Virus record (IMG/VR): IMGVR_UViG_3300031952_000006
Length of the DNA: 64,000 nt
Reading direction: 5' to 3' (one strand)
Source: a virus
Taxonomy: Duplodnaviria > Heunggongvirae > Uroviricota > Caudoviricetes
Every line of letters starts with the position of its first letter. Within the stretch, counting starts at the first letter, position 1. Positions 29,796-38,972 of the stretch are shown here, in pieces. The notes under the pieces are model-generated. The model was not told the origin of the DNA. It searched no databases and saw only the letters and a program-made list of their open reading frames with translations. Both the position numbers and the translations under genes were made by a program.

Positions 29796-29834
29796 GGCTG
29801 CCGAAAATAATAGAAACACACCAAGGAGATCACA

Positions 29835-30299
29835 ATGAAACTACTGAGCAACATTATTGAAAAACCTTTTATGTCTCTTATTGAGCACCGCCCCTGGGGA
29901 CATTATGGGTTATATTCGGATAATGAACACTGCACTACAAAAATATTGTACATAGCAAAAGAAGAATCTCTAAGTCTACAATATCATTTTCGTAGAGATC
30001 AATTATACGTTCTACTCGATGATGATTTCACTATAGATTACAGCAGTAGTGAAGTCCCCGAAGAACTTATAAACTTATCAATAGAAGACTGGCGCGTAAA
30101 AGGATTTGAAAAATTTCTTGAAGATCATATGATATCAACTCCCGGTTCTGAAGGGGATATGTTTGGTTTTAAACGTAAGATTTTACACAGAGCCGCATAC
30201 CACGGTAATAGAAAATACGGTCGTATTCTCGATGTTGCCTTTGGAGAAAATGACGAGTTAGACATTGTACGCATAAAAGATAAATATGGAAGAGTATAA
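29835..30299 (+). CDS. hypothetical protein (154 aa)
   Basis: AAGGAGA SD. Confidence 0.4.
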   Translation: MKLLSNIIEKPFMSLIEHRPWGHYGLYSDNEHCTTKILYIAKEESLSLQYHFRRDQLYVLLDDDFTIDYSSSEVPEELINLSIEDWRVKGFEKFLEDHMISTPGSEGDMFGFKRKILHRAAYHGNRKYGRILDVAFGENDELDIVRIKDKYGRV

Positions 30300-30532
30300 A
30301 GTAAGGCACCACTCAGTGGAGCAAACGCATACAGAATTATAAAGGAATCAAATTAAAAAGTAATGATAAGTTACTATAAATTTTTAATTATTTTTTTATA
30401 ATTGACAACGGTTTAGGGCATTCATACATTGTGTCAAAATCTATTCCTCAACCCCCTTAAAAATAATAACGCCATTATTATTTCTCTTTTGAGGAATAGA
30501 TTTTTAAAATATTATAAAATCCTATAAAACAG

Positions 30533-30561
30533 TTGACAATTTAATTATTCTGATGTATATT
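30533..30561 (+). promoter_or_regulatory. sigma70-like promoter (TTGACA-17-TATATT)
   Basis: -35 at 30533-30538, 17-nt spacer, -10 at 30556-30561. No ORF start for ~210 nt downstream. Confidence 0.35.
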
Positions 30562-30567
30562 TGAATC

Positions 30568-30666
30568 TGAAGCGAGAGGCTCCATTCTTCCTACACAGCT
30601 GTACCATAAGTTACCTCCATAACCTAAGAACCAGCCGCCCATGCAAGAATCGAGCCTCTTTTTTAT
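30568..30666 (+). ncRNA. candidate small RNA (~100 nt, GC-elevated, terminator-capped)
   Basis: Lies between the promoter above and a T6 run. Long-range stem AGAGGCTC (30575-82) / GAGCCTCT (30653-60) followed by TTTTTT. No convincing + strand ORF. Confidence 0.3.
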
Positions 30667-30777
30667 TCCCACCAAAGTCTCCAAAAAGCTGAAATATTGC
30701 ATGAATCTGTTCTCAAAAATACCTATATCTATAGTAAATAGACCGATACTATTTAAAAATACATATGGAGGATTGCT

Positions 30778-31062
30778 ATGACAAAATCCCAACCAAAAAT
30801 ACTATACTTTGCTCGAGATATGGATTTTCATGCAAGCAAAGCATGTGAATCGCACGATGACGCTGTTGCGTACATAGGTAGACAAAGCGGAAAAGGGTAT
30901 GTTGAAGTTTTCGAACTCGAGGGAGATTACTATTATTTTAAAACTGCAGAATGGATTGGTCCGGCGGATAGACACTCAGTCAGAGGATCTGTTTTTGGAG
31001 CTGAAGCGACAGAAGGAATTCACAAGAATTTTATTCCATTCATACTTGGTTACACTAATTAA
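30778..31062 (+). CDS. hypothetical protein (94 aa)
   Basis: GGAGGATTGCTATG SD. Confidence 0.4.
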   Translation: MTKSQPKILYFARDMDFHASKACESHDDAVAYIGRQSGKGYVEVFELEGDYYYFKTAEWIGPADRHSVRGSVFGAEATEGIHKNFIPFILGYTN

Positions 31063-31313
31063 TGTGATTAGTGCTCATAGTACCCCCGAGTTCATTCAAG
31101 GATAGTGTAGTTACTTACACTATCCAATTTTTTAATTTAACCAATAATAATCCTTCATTTTTAAAAATAAATATGTATTTTTATGAATAACCAGGATGAT
31201 AAAGATGGAAAATAAAAATTTATTCTATATTGAAGATTATACATTAATAGATATGATGGAGGATAGGTACTACAAAACACAATGAGCATAATCAAATCTT
31301 GGGGGGTACGATT

Positions 31314-31553
31314 ATGGAAATACGGCAGGGCTGGTATAAGCATTATCAAGGTAACTACTTCAAAGTAATTAACATTATGCAATATGTTGATTCGAACTAT
31401 TACTCAGAAGAAATAGTATATGAAGACAAATTGGGAATACGATGGACGCAGCCTCTTGAAACATTTTTTGGAACGGTTAATGTAGGTAAGAAAACAATTC
31501 CAAAAGTAACATACGTAGGGGGGAGGTTGCCAAAAGTAACCGTTGCTGAATAG
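31314..31553 (+). CDS. DUF1653-like small protein
   Basis: GWYKHYQGNYFKV...IVYEDKLGIRWTQPLETF resembles the DUF1653 core. The ATG at 31314 is preferred over 31299. Confidence 0.35.
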   Translation: MEIRQGWYKHYQGNYFKVINIMQYVDSNYYSEEIVYEDKLGIRWTQPLETFFGTVNVGKKTIPKVTYVGGRLPKVTVAE

Positions 31554-31565
31554 GGGAGGACTGCT

Positions 31566-31820
31566 ATGAAAAACCAGTATACTAACTGTGATGAATGTTT
31601 TTACTTATTTTTAGACGAAGTTCAAATAAATAATGAAACAGAGACAGCCTATCGCTGTGGCAAACCTGTCGGAACTGAGTCAACCAAAAGACTTGCTGTT
31701 GGTGGAATTGATCATGATATTATAATAATACTTAAAAAATCAGCAAGAAGTGTAGAAAAAGATGACGATACTATTGTAGCACCTGATTGGTGTGAAGGAT
31801 TCAAACCAGATTCAGATTAA
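31566..31820 (+). CDS. hypothetical Cys-containing protein (84 aa)
   Basis: GGGAGG SD. Confidence 0.35.
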   Translation: MKNQYTNCDECFYLFLDEVQINNETETAYRCGKPVGTESTKRLAVGGIDHDIIIILKKSARSVEKDDDTIVAPDWCEGFKPDSD

Positions 31821-31840
31821 TACTTACTGGAAGAGATAAC

Positions 31841-32083
31841 ATGAATATAAATAATGATCCTTTTGAATTTCTTGATTCTGAAGAAATCAGTGCTGCTAGG
31901 GTAGAAAAGCAAGAAAACATCACGCATACAACAATTTGTCCAGATTGCACACATATTATGGTACGTAAAGTATTCGATGGTGTTGTAGATACTGTAACAC
32001 TTATAGAATGCCCATATTCAGCTACAGTAAATATTCAAGAATTTCCAGTATTGGAATGCTCTTATTTTAAGAAAGAGCCATAG
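31841..32083 (+). CDS. hypothetical protein (80 aa)
   Basis: ORF with GGAAGAG upstream. Confidence 0.35.
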   Translation: MNINNDPFEFLDSEEISAARVEKQENITHTTICPDCTHIMVRKVFDGVVDTVTLIECPYSATVNIQEFPVLECSYFKKEP

Positions 32084-32107
32084 CAAAATTTTCTGTGGGG
32101 GAGAACT

Positions 32108-32356
32108 ATGATGAAATATGTATTACGCAGTACTCTTGTTCTTGGAATCTATTTAATTATAAGCTTACTTGCCACCATACTTTTTTCTGGATATACTGAA
32201 ACAGATATATTAATTGGAACGATACTGTGTGCTCTCTCAAACATAAGTGTAACAATGTTTTTAGACTATAAAAAAAAGGCAACACAGGGTAAAGTTGAAA
32301 GAATAAATAAAAATATACACAATGGCGTTTGGAGAAAAACAATTATAAATCTTTAA
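32108..32356 (+). CDS. small membrane protein (82 aa)
   Basis: GGGGGAG SD. Two predicted TM helices. Confidence 0.4.
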   Translation: MMKYVLRSTLVLGIYLIISLLATILFSGYTETDILIGTILCALSNISVTMFLDYKKKATQGKVERINKNIHNGVWRKTIINL

Positions 32357-32386
32357 ACGCGCACTCTCTTAAAAAAGGGGATTTTT

Positions 32387-33223
32387 ATGAAAAAGATATT
32401 TATTACTGTATTTATTTTTATAAGTGTTCTGTGCTACTCAAATACGAATGATGGAACAGCTATCATAGTATCTTATAATACAAAAAGACTAGGCCATGGA
32501 AATAAAAATTATATGGGCATGGCAGCAACTATTGCTAAAAGTGATGTTGTTGGGCTAGTTGAAGTTATGAATCGAGCCGGTCTCGATGAATTAATATATG
32601 CTTTAGTACAAACTACCAATGTACCTTGGGGATCTTTCATATCAGAACGAGCTGCTGGTTCAGATAGATATAAAGAATACTTTGCGTTTGTTTGGAAAAA
32701 AAGTAGAGTATCTCTTGTAAGATCTCTCGGATTTTATAAAGAACTTCAAGAATCTGATTTTGCTCGGGAGCCTTATGGAGTAGAACTTAAAATAGATAAC
32801 TATATATTTACTTATGTACTTTGTCATATTATATGGGGCACAGATGAGCAACGTCGCATTAATGAAATAAAACTTCTTCCAAAAGTATATACGTATTTTC
32901 AAACTATGAATGGAAATAATGACGATGTATACATAGCTGGCGATTTTAACATGGAGCCAAATAAGCCGGTATGGTCTTTTGTTACTAAATCAACAGATAA
33001 TATGCGTAGTCTTATTTCATACACACACAAAACAACAGTAGGTATGTCTGGACTCGTTTCAAGCTATGATAATATATTTATTTCTAAATATAGTGAATAC
33101 GAATTTATAATGGCAGGAGTTCTTAATATTCCTAGTAGTGTACCAAGAGCCAGCTATAGAGAAGATATATCAGATCATCTTCCCGTATATATTATAATAA
33201 ATACTTTACCAAAAATACAATAG
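32387..33223 (+). CDS. secreted endonuclease/exonuclease/phosphatase (EEP, DNase-I-like) family protein
   Basis: N-terminal signal peptide MKKIFITVFIFISVLCYS. C-terminal SDHLPV catalytic motif. AAGGGGA SD. Confidence 0.65.
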   Translation: MKKIFITVFIFISVLCYSNTNDGTAIIVSYNTKRLGHGNKNYMGMAATIAKSDVVGLVEVMNRAGLDELIYALVQTTNVPWGSFISERAAGSDRYKEYFAFVWKKSRVSLVRSLGFYKELQESDFAREPYGVELKIDNYIFTYVLCHIIWGTDEQRRINEIKLLPKVYTYFQTMNGNNDDVYIAGDFNMEPNKPVWSFVTKSTDNMRSLISYTHKTTVGMSGLVSSYDNIFISKYSEYEFIMAGVLNIPSSVPRASYREDISDHLPVYIIINTLPKIQ

Positions 33224-33226
33224 GAT

Positions 33227-33748
33227 ATGATGGAAGTACAAGACGCAATACTAAAAAGGAAATCAGTTAGAAGATTTGTTTCAAATAAGAGCATAGATGA
33301 TTCTGTAATAAAAAATATACTTGAGTTAGGAATACGTGCTCCTTCCGCTGGAAATCAGCAACCTTGGAAAATATTTGTTATCAGAAACCCCAAAACGAAA
33401 AGAAAACTTTCTGAAATAGCCTTCGGACAAGATTTCATAGCAGGGGCTCCAGTAGTATTAATGATATGTATTGATAAAAGAAAAGCAGCCGCTCGTTATA
33501 GCATGCGGGGTGTAGTATTATATAGTATTCAAGACACCGCAGCACTTATTGAAAATATTCTCTTAGCAGTTACTGATAAAAAGCTTGGTGCTTGCTGGAT
33601 AGGAGCATTTAATGAAGAACAGTGTTCTAAAGCATTAACACTATCTGATGACATGTGGCCAGTTGCTATAATACCTATAGGATATGAATCAGGTGGTTCT
33701 CCTAGAACTGATAGAAAATCTCTAGAAGAAATAGTCATATGGGATTAA
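33227..33748 (+). CDS. nitroreductase-family flavoprotein (173 aa)
   Basis: SVRRF...RAPSAGNQQPW matches the nitroreductase N-terminal signature. Confidence 0.65.
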   Translation: MMEVQDAILKRKSVRRFVSNKSIDDSVIKNILELGIRAPSAGNQQPWKIFVIRNPKTKRKLSEIAFGQDFIAGAPVVLMICIDKRKAAARYSMRGVVLYSIQDTAALIENILLAVTDKKLGACWIGAFNEEQCSKALTLSDDMWPVAIIPIGYESGGSPRTDRKSLEEIVIWD

Positions 33749-33768
33749 CTCATATAAAAGGAGATAGC

Positions 33769-34152
33769 ATGGGAAAACGAAAGTCTGATGATATTCTTGA
33801 TAAACTATACCCATTTATTGTTGATATACAAGCGTCGCTTGATAGATACGTATTGTATATGGTAACTATGTCTCTTCTTAAAATATCGATTGGTGATAAA
33901 AATACAATTAATGCTATCTTAGATAAATGGCTGACTGATTTTTTTAATGCAAATATAGATACAGTACAAGCAAAAGTTTCTGAGGCATTTGGGCCAGACG
34001 AACACGATGATGTAGCAGCACCCTTGCATTTAATTGCATTACAGTCAGTTACTAATGTTGCAAAAAAAACATTAATGGATTTACTCGAAGCTATTGAAAG
34101 TTTTTCTGCAAACGACTCTAAATATCAAAGTGCAACACGAATTAATCATTAA
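33769..34152 (+). CDS. hypothetical protein
   Basis: AAGGAGA SD before ATG 33769 (the ORF-track start 33739 overlaps the upstream gene). Confidence 0.35.
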   Translation: MGKRKSDDILDKLYPFIVDIQASLDRYVLYMVTMSLLKISIGDKNTINAILDKWLTDFFNANIDTVQAKVSEAFGPDEHDDVAAPLHLIALQSVTNVAKKTLMDLLEAIESFSANDSKYQSATRINH

Positions 34153-34390
34153 TTTTGTTTCTTTTTCGTATGATTTCTATCTTTTCGAGACGTGATAATC
34201 CTGTATGTATAAATAGTGCAAAAGACACAACAAACATAAAAATACCGAAAGACATTCCAGCAATCAATAAGAAAACAATATCTTTTATTGTAATATCTGA
34301 GCCATCAAGATACTCTGCATATATGTATAGAATAGTTCCAATAATACCGATAGCACACCACGCAATACCAACTTTGTAAAAAACTGTCAT
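34142..34390 (-). CDS. small membrane protein (82 aa), 3' gene of a minus-strand island
   Basis: Two TM helices. Co-oriented with five further minus-strand ORFs up to 36166. Confidence 0.4.
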   Translation of the reverse strand: MTVFYKVGIAWCAIGIIGTILYIYAEYLDGSDITIKDIVFLLIAGMSFGIFMFVVSFALFIHTGLSRLEKIEIIRKRNKIND

Positions 34391-34794
34391 TCTTCTTCAG
34401 TACACTCGATTTCGCTATCTGAATCATCTTCAATTTCATCTACAACAGCAGGACTGGCAAATGTATATGTAACAGACGTTTCTACAATAAAAAAGTACCC
34501 ACATTCAGGGCAGTCAACATCGTGATCTCCCTCTTCATAAATATCAAAATCTAAGAATATCTGAGCCTCAAATGTAGTATTGCATTTAGGACAACGAATA
34601 TATTTATCGTGGCGAACGGTCTCTTTTGAATCTTGAACAGCTACACAAGAATTACAAATTGTTTGGCATCCAGTTTTATTAAAAACCAAATAACGACCAC
34701 ACTTACAGCAGATTTCTCCAGCTTTTACTTGGGCTTCTCTATATGCTCCCCAATCGGTACCGTCATTTTTTGCAAAATTTTTAATATTAACCAT
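34387..34794 (-). CDS. multi-zinc-ribbon protein (135 aa)
   Basis: Four CxxC pairs (CCKCGRY, CNSC, CPKC, CPECG). Overlaps the downstream gene by 4 nt. Confidence 0.45.
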   Translation of the reverse strand: MVNIKNFAKNDGTDWGAYREAQVKAGEICCKCGRYLVFNKTGCQTICNSCVAVQDSKETVRHDKYIRCPKCNTTFEAQIFLDFDIYEEGDHDVDCPECGYFFIVETSVTYTFASPAVVDEIEDDSDSEIECTEEE

Positions 34795-34808
34795 ACATAA
34801 TTTCCCTA

Positions 34809-35174
34809 TTATTTTTTTGGAATATTTTTCACACTATCTGAATTAGCTAGAGGGATGAATTGTCCAAATTGCGTTTTGACAACACGCTTATATCCATTTT
34901 TTTCCATCATAGATATAAGTGCATGCTCACCAGGCATTTCTTTTTTAAATTGTGCGAGAGTTATTTCAACTCCACAATAAGTAACACCACTATGATTCTT
35001 TTTTATACCATATTTAATATCATCATCATTACCGGTTTCTTCTCTTTCAAAAAAACGATATCCATAAGATCCTTTAGGCAGCTTAATAGATTCTTTTCTA
35101 GTTTGTACTTCTTTCTCAGAAATAGCAGATACGACATTACCAGGAAAGAGAAATTCAACATATAATTTTAGCAT
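34809..35174 (-). CDS. hypothetical protein (121 aa)
   Basis: ORF in minus-strand operon. Confidence 0.4.
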   Translation of the reverse strand: MLKLYVEFLFPGNVVSAISEKEVQTRKESIKLPKGSYGYRFFEREETGNDDDIKYGIKKNHSGVTYCGVEITLAQFKKEMPGEHALISMMEKNGYKRVVKTQFGQFIPLANSDSVKNIPKK

Positions 35175-35183
35175 AACACACCG

Positions 35184-35378
35184 TCAATTAGCATCAAAGT
35201 AGTTTTTTTTAAGCTTCGATCCAGATAAATTTATTTGGTGCACTCCATCAAAAATTACATAAGGTGTCTTTAATTCTATTAAATCACACAACATATAGAT
35301 ACCTTTGCAGTAATCGCCATTATCAGAATGCAACTCATGAATAGCTCGCAATATTATTTCTTTCTCTGAGTCTAGCAT
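35184..35378 (-). CDS. hypothetical protein (64 aa)
   Basis: ORF in minus-strand operon. Confidence 0.3.
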   Translation of the reverse strand: MLDSEKEIILRAIHELHSDNGDYCKGIYMLCDLIELKTPYVIFDGVHQINLSGSKLKKNYFDAN

Positions 35379-35415
35379 TAACTATGTCTCAACACTCCTA
35401 AAAAATCAATTCTTT

Positions 35416-35835
35416 TTACAAAAGATGTACCATTAGTTCTTCTCGAGGAACATGTAGTAGAGCTTCCTTTTTATTCAGTAAACCTACTAATTCAAAAAAT
35501 TTTAAACCGATATCTGATTGTATTTTTTTCATTTCTACGCAGCACACGGGTGCTGCAGAAGATCTTTTAAAATAAGCTCGCATAATAGAACACACAGGAC
35601 AATAATAAAATAATGTGTTTGCTATATATTTATCCCACAGAGCATCCAATATTCCAACAACAACTTGATTTGTACAATAAAACTCTTTACCACACTTTGA
35701 TTGTACAAGAGGATCTAATACAATATCTTCTCCCATAAATGCATGTGAGTATGATTCAGGCGATTGTAAAAAAGATATACGAAACAAATTGCTTCGTTTC
35801 ATGAGATACATCATTGTTGGGGATACCACAAGCAA
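35416..35835 (-). CDS. hypothetical Cys-rich protein (139 aa)
   Basis: ORF in minus-strand operon. Confidence 0.4.
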   Translation of the reverse strand: MLVVSPTMMYLMKRSNLFRISFLQSPESYSHAFMGEDIVLDPLVQSKCGKEFYCTNQVVVGILDALWDKYIANTLFYYCPVCSIMRAYFKRSSAAPVCCVEMKKIQSDIGLKFFELVGLLNKKEALLHVPREELMVHLL

Positions 35836-35845
35836 ACTAATTCCT

Positions 35846-36166
35846 TTATGCTAAAACTTGTTTTCCTCTATCATACTCATTCAATGCATATTCAATACAT
35901 AATGCAATAACTTGACTCTCTGTTCTTTTATGTGTTTCTGCTAATTTCTCTACACGCATTTTTATATCTTTTGGCAATCGAGCCGATATCTGCTCCTTCT
36001 GTTCTCTTTTTTCCTTCGACCAGCGTTGGCCTTTTAATCCGGGCATACATTCTCCTATACAAGTCAATTCTAGTATAGTATAAATATTACTATTGATTTT
36101 TTTGTAAACAAAAAAATTAAAATAATGCGCATCAATTCTATTTTTTATTTGACAATCATCTGACAT
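35846..36166 (-). CDS. putative transcriptional regulator with C-terminal RHH-like segment (106 aa); first gene of the minus-strand operon
   Basis: ISARLPKDIKMRVEKLAETHKRTESQVIALCIEYAL resembles the Arc/CopG strand-helix-helix. Faces the palindromic operator. Confidence 0.35.
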   Translation of the reverse strand: MSDDCQIKNRIDAHYFNFFVYKKINSNIYTILELTCIGECMPGLKGQRWSKEKREQKEQISARLPKDIKMRVEKLAETHKRTESQVIALCIEYALNEYDRGKQVLA

Positions 36167-36173
36167 AATATTA

Positions 36174-36197
36174 TGTCTTTATTTAATAATAAAGACA
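36174..36197. promoter_or_regulatory. palindromic operator-like site in a divergent intergenic region
   Basis: TGTCTTTATT-TAAT-AATAAAGACA, with perfect 10-bp arms. Lies between minus-strand gene 35846..36166 and plus-strand gene 36201. TTGACA at 36149-36154. Confidence 0.4.
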
Positions 36198-36200
36198 CCT

Positions 36201-36677
36201 ATGAAAATTTTTATAATATCTACAGGAATATTACTACTCTTTTTGTTAATTGGAGACTGCATCTCTTTTTACATTAACAAAAGAAAAAAATGGATCGCAC
36301 AAGCACTTAGCATATTTTCCCGATTAGTTTTCTTTACCGTACTTATAAGAAAATTAATGAGTAATGAAGAATTAAAATATGATTTTGAAGATTTGTACAA
36401 AAATACATTACGACCAAATACATGGATGATGCCTAGATTTTGGATTTGGAAAATTGAAAAATGTATTGAGAATGTTACGTATTTTAACTATATCGCCGAA
36501 ACAGCACGACTGTATTCAACAGAATTTGAATTATACTGGACTCTATTTATTAGACAAAACAATTCTCTTACTTTGAATAATATAAAAAAATATAAAGATA
36601 TATTAAAAAATACCGGATTAACGCATACAATGAAATCAAAAAATGAAACCCCACTTGGAGAGAAAACAATACATTAA
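36201..36677 (+). CDS. membrane protein (158 aa)
   Basis: N-terminal TM helix. Confidence 0.4.
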   Translation: MKIFIISTGILLLFLLIGDCISFYINKRKKWIAQALSIFSRLVFFTVLIRKLMSNEELKYDFEDLYKNTLRPNTWMMPRFWIWKIEKCIENVTYFNYIAETARLYSTEFELYWTLFIRQNNSLTLNNIKKYKDILKNTGLTHTMKSKNETPLGEKTIH

Positions 36678-36750
36678 TTTGTAAAGCACTAGGCGGACTG
36701 CACGCAGGCGGTATTAAAATAGTGTGTCCTCATTATATTAAGGAGAAAAA

Positions 36751-37032
36751 ATGACTGGATGGTACCATTTTAAACGAAGTATCTATACGATAATTATTAT
36801 AATAATTCCTACAGCTATATATAATAATTTTTCCGCATATGGTTTATCACTTATTCCAATTCCAATATGTATAGTATCGTTCTTTATAAATATAACTATG
36901 TGGATAGATGATACAAAGAAATGGAATAAAGGTGTATGTAAGATTTGTAGTTCACCCTGGTTAGCTGCTGAAGGAAATGTGTATGACGAAACAGAATATC
37001 ATTGCAAATGTGGCAGAACATTTTGGTGTTAA
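36751..37032 (+). CDS. small membrane-anchored zinc-ribbon protein (paralogue of 38950..39192)
   Basis: AAGGAGAAAAAATG SD. Two TM helices then WNKGVCKICSSPW...CKCGRTFW. Confidence 0.45.
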   Translation: MTGWYHFKRSIYTIIIIIIPTAIYNNFSAYGLSLIPIPICIVSFFINITMWIDDTKKWNKGVCKICSSPWLAAEGNVYDETEYHCKCGRTFWC

Positions 37033-37048
37033 GAGAGGATTTAATGCT

Positions 37049-37375
37049 ATGGAAAATTTATCTGATAAATATTTACTCATGATAGAACCAGATTTGAAAG
37101 GAAAGGCATCACTGCTCCCCCTATTAGATGATATAACCAGAAAAACAATATATTTATATAGCTTAACAAAGCCATCTGAAGATAGCTATAGAGGGTTTCA
37201 TGCCACGCAAGACGGTCAAATATCTGATAACAAAGATCATATTCTTCCTAATGGTATAATAACCCACAGTCTGTGTGTCCATTATATTAAATATTATAGA
37301 CCTTATGTACCACAATCGGAAATAGACAAAATAAATAGATTATATACGGAATTAAATAGAAATGAAAGAGAGTGA
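37049..37375 (+). CDS. hypothetical protein
   Basis: The ORF-track start 36977 overlaps the upstream gene. ATG 37049 (MENLS...) is preferred. Confidence 0.35.
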   Translation: MENLSDKYLLMIEPDLKGKASLLPLLDDITRKTIYLYSLTKPSEDSYRGFHATQDGQISDNKDHILPNGIITHSLCVHYIKYYRPYVPQSEIDKINRLYTELNRNERE

Positions 37376-37625
37376 GGTTCGTGATATTATCTGCGAACTG
37401 CATCCCGATGAAGATTTTTTGTTTGCTGACGGATTTGATGCAGCTGTCATAGGTCTTTGTACAAAAACATATCGAGTTGTGTATTCTAAATCGAAGTGTA
37501 TAGAAATATTATCTAAAGATATGGATTATGAAGATGCTAGTGAACACTTTGATTTCAATGTTGATGGTTCCTATATGGGAGAGAAAACACCTATATTTGT
37601 TGATGATACATTATTTCAAAACTAG
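37362..37625 (+). CDS. hypothetical protein (87 aa)
   Basis: ORF, overlapping start. Confidence 0.35.
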   Translation: MKESEVRDIICELHPDEDFLFADGFDAAVIGLCTKTYRVVYSKSKCIEILSKDMDYEDASEHFDFNVDGSYMGEKTPIFVDDTLFQN

Positions 37626-37634
37626 GTAATACGC

Positions 37635-38036
37635 ATGAGTAAAAAAGTAAAGCACATGGATATCACAGAATTCAGAGAGAAGGGTTATCTTCAAGAAGTA
37701 AATAGAAGATTCTTTCATCCCATAGGGCTTGCTTTAGAAATAAGTATCTTTAAATGGTATGAAGGATTCCTATATCATATTGTTTCAGCATTTAAGATGT
37801 TAATACCAGGAACTCGCAAAGAAGAAATTACAGGTGTGTGGGATTATCGAGAAGATCCTGAAGGAATGTATTTTGATTTTGCGCATATGCACGATTCTTG
37901 TAATCCAGATAGAATAACACAGGCATTACTAAAACAAATGCATGTAGAAGCCGAAATCTTTAGTAGAAGAGAAATAAGAGAAAAAATGTTTGGTAATTAT
38001 ATAGAGCCAATTCCTGCAGGAGATCCTAGAAAATGA
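37635..38036 (+). CDS. hypothetical protein (133 aa)
   Basis: ORF. Confidence 0.4.
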   Translation: MSKKVKHMDITEFREKGYLQEVNRRFFHPIGLALEISIFKWYEGFLYHIVSAFKMLIPGTRKEEITGVWDYREDPEGMYFDFAHMHDSCNPDRITQALLKQMHVEAEIFSRREIREKMFGNYIEPIPAGDPRK

Positions 38037-38281
38037 CTGAAACACATTATTATAATCAAATAATAATTCATCTTGAGAACATTATACACAGACAGCGTAA
38101 TGTTATAACTTATTACAATCAAGGTCCTATAACAAGACTTTGGAGATGTCATGTAAACGACTTTAGTGTAGAAGTTGAATTATCTCTGGCTGCAGAGGAA
38201 AGAGCTCTGATAAAGCAACTTGAAAGTTTGAGACTAGAATTAATTGATTATTCAGTTGCCTATACTGAGGTAAAAAAATAA
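38033..38281 (+). CDS. hypothetical protein (82 aa)
   Basis: ATGA-coupled to the upstream gene. Confidence 0.35.
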   Translation: MTETHYYNQIIIHLENIIHRQRNVITYYNQGPITRLWRCHVNDFSVEVELSLAAEERALIKQLESLRLELIDYSVAYTEVKK

Positions 38282-38565
38282 TGAGATATCCCGGAATAGA
38301 TACAGTACATCCATGTCCTTTTGATAATGCTGTATCTTGTAATATGAAGATGTGTGAGTATTGCTTTGGAGGAATGTTACCTGGAGACTATATAGATATA
38401 GAAGAATTCTCTGTGGTAACGACACCAGCAGGAACAGGAGCAATATTGTGTAATCATACTGGATATTATCACACTGTGGCCTTTTTATGTTTTAAGAAAA
38501 GATTTCTTGCATGCGAAATTTGTGGAAAGTTAATTCCTCAAACAAAATGGAGGCTCAGTTTATGA
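38281..38565 (+). CDS. Cys-rich hypothetical protein (94 aa)
   Basis: Multiple CxxC. Confidence 0.35.
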   Translation: MRYPGIDTVHPCPFDNAVSCNMKMCEYCFGGMLPGDYIDIEEFSVVTTPAGTGAILCNHTGYYHTVAFLCFKKRFLACEICGKLIPQTKWRLSL

Positions 38566-38972
38566 AAGTAAAACATCAAATGGTTCATAAATTTACGGGG
38601 GAGCCTAATAAAAATGGAGATGTCTACGCACCTGGCTGCAAAGTGCAGGGATTAGATCAGACAATAGTGGTAACACATAATTTCAATGAAGATGTGCAAG
38701 TAGGCACAGCAAACAATATCACATTAGAAAAGGGAGTACTCTTTGCAGATATAACATTCACTGATACGAATAAAATATTAAAAAACTCTTATGTGACCCC
38801 TGCTTTTGAAATAATTGATCCCCCCTACGATCCAAAAGAAGATTTTGATGAGCAATTAAAGAAACCCATCAAAGAAGTAAGAATATTCTCACTAGGCTGT
38901 ACAATAAAACCAACAATCAAAGATTTAGATAAATTACCGAAGGAAGTATATGCACCTAAACCTCTCGAATGA
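38562..38972 (+). CDS. hypothetical protein
   Basis: ATG 38562 overlaps the upstream stop (ATGA). The ORF-track start 38511 lies inside the upstream gene. Confidence 0.4.
   Translation: MKVKHQMVHKFTGEPNKNGDVYAPGCKVQGLDQTIVVTHNFNEDVQVGTANNITLEKGVLFADITFTDTNKILKNSYVTPAFEIIDPPYDPKEDFDEQLKKPIKEVRIFSLGCTIKPTIKDLDKLPKEVYAPKPLE

Noticed and set aside
30541-30792. Minus-strand 83-aa ORF in the 29.8-30.8 kb intergenic region.
   Set aside because: It has no RBS and overlaps the promoter/terminator-like structures and the start of the + strand gene at 30778. The GC-rich, hairpin-dense sequence suits an RNA or regulatory element better.
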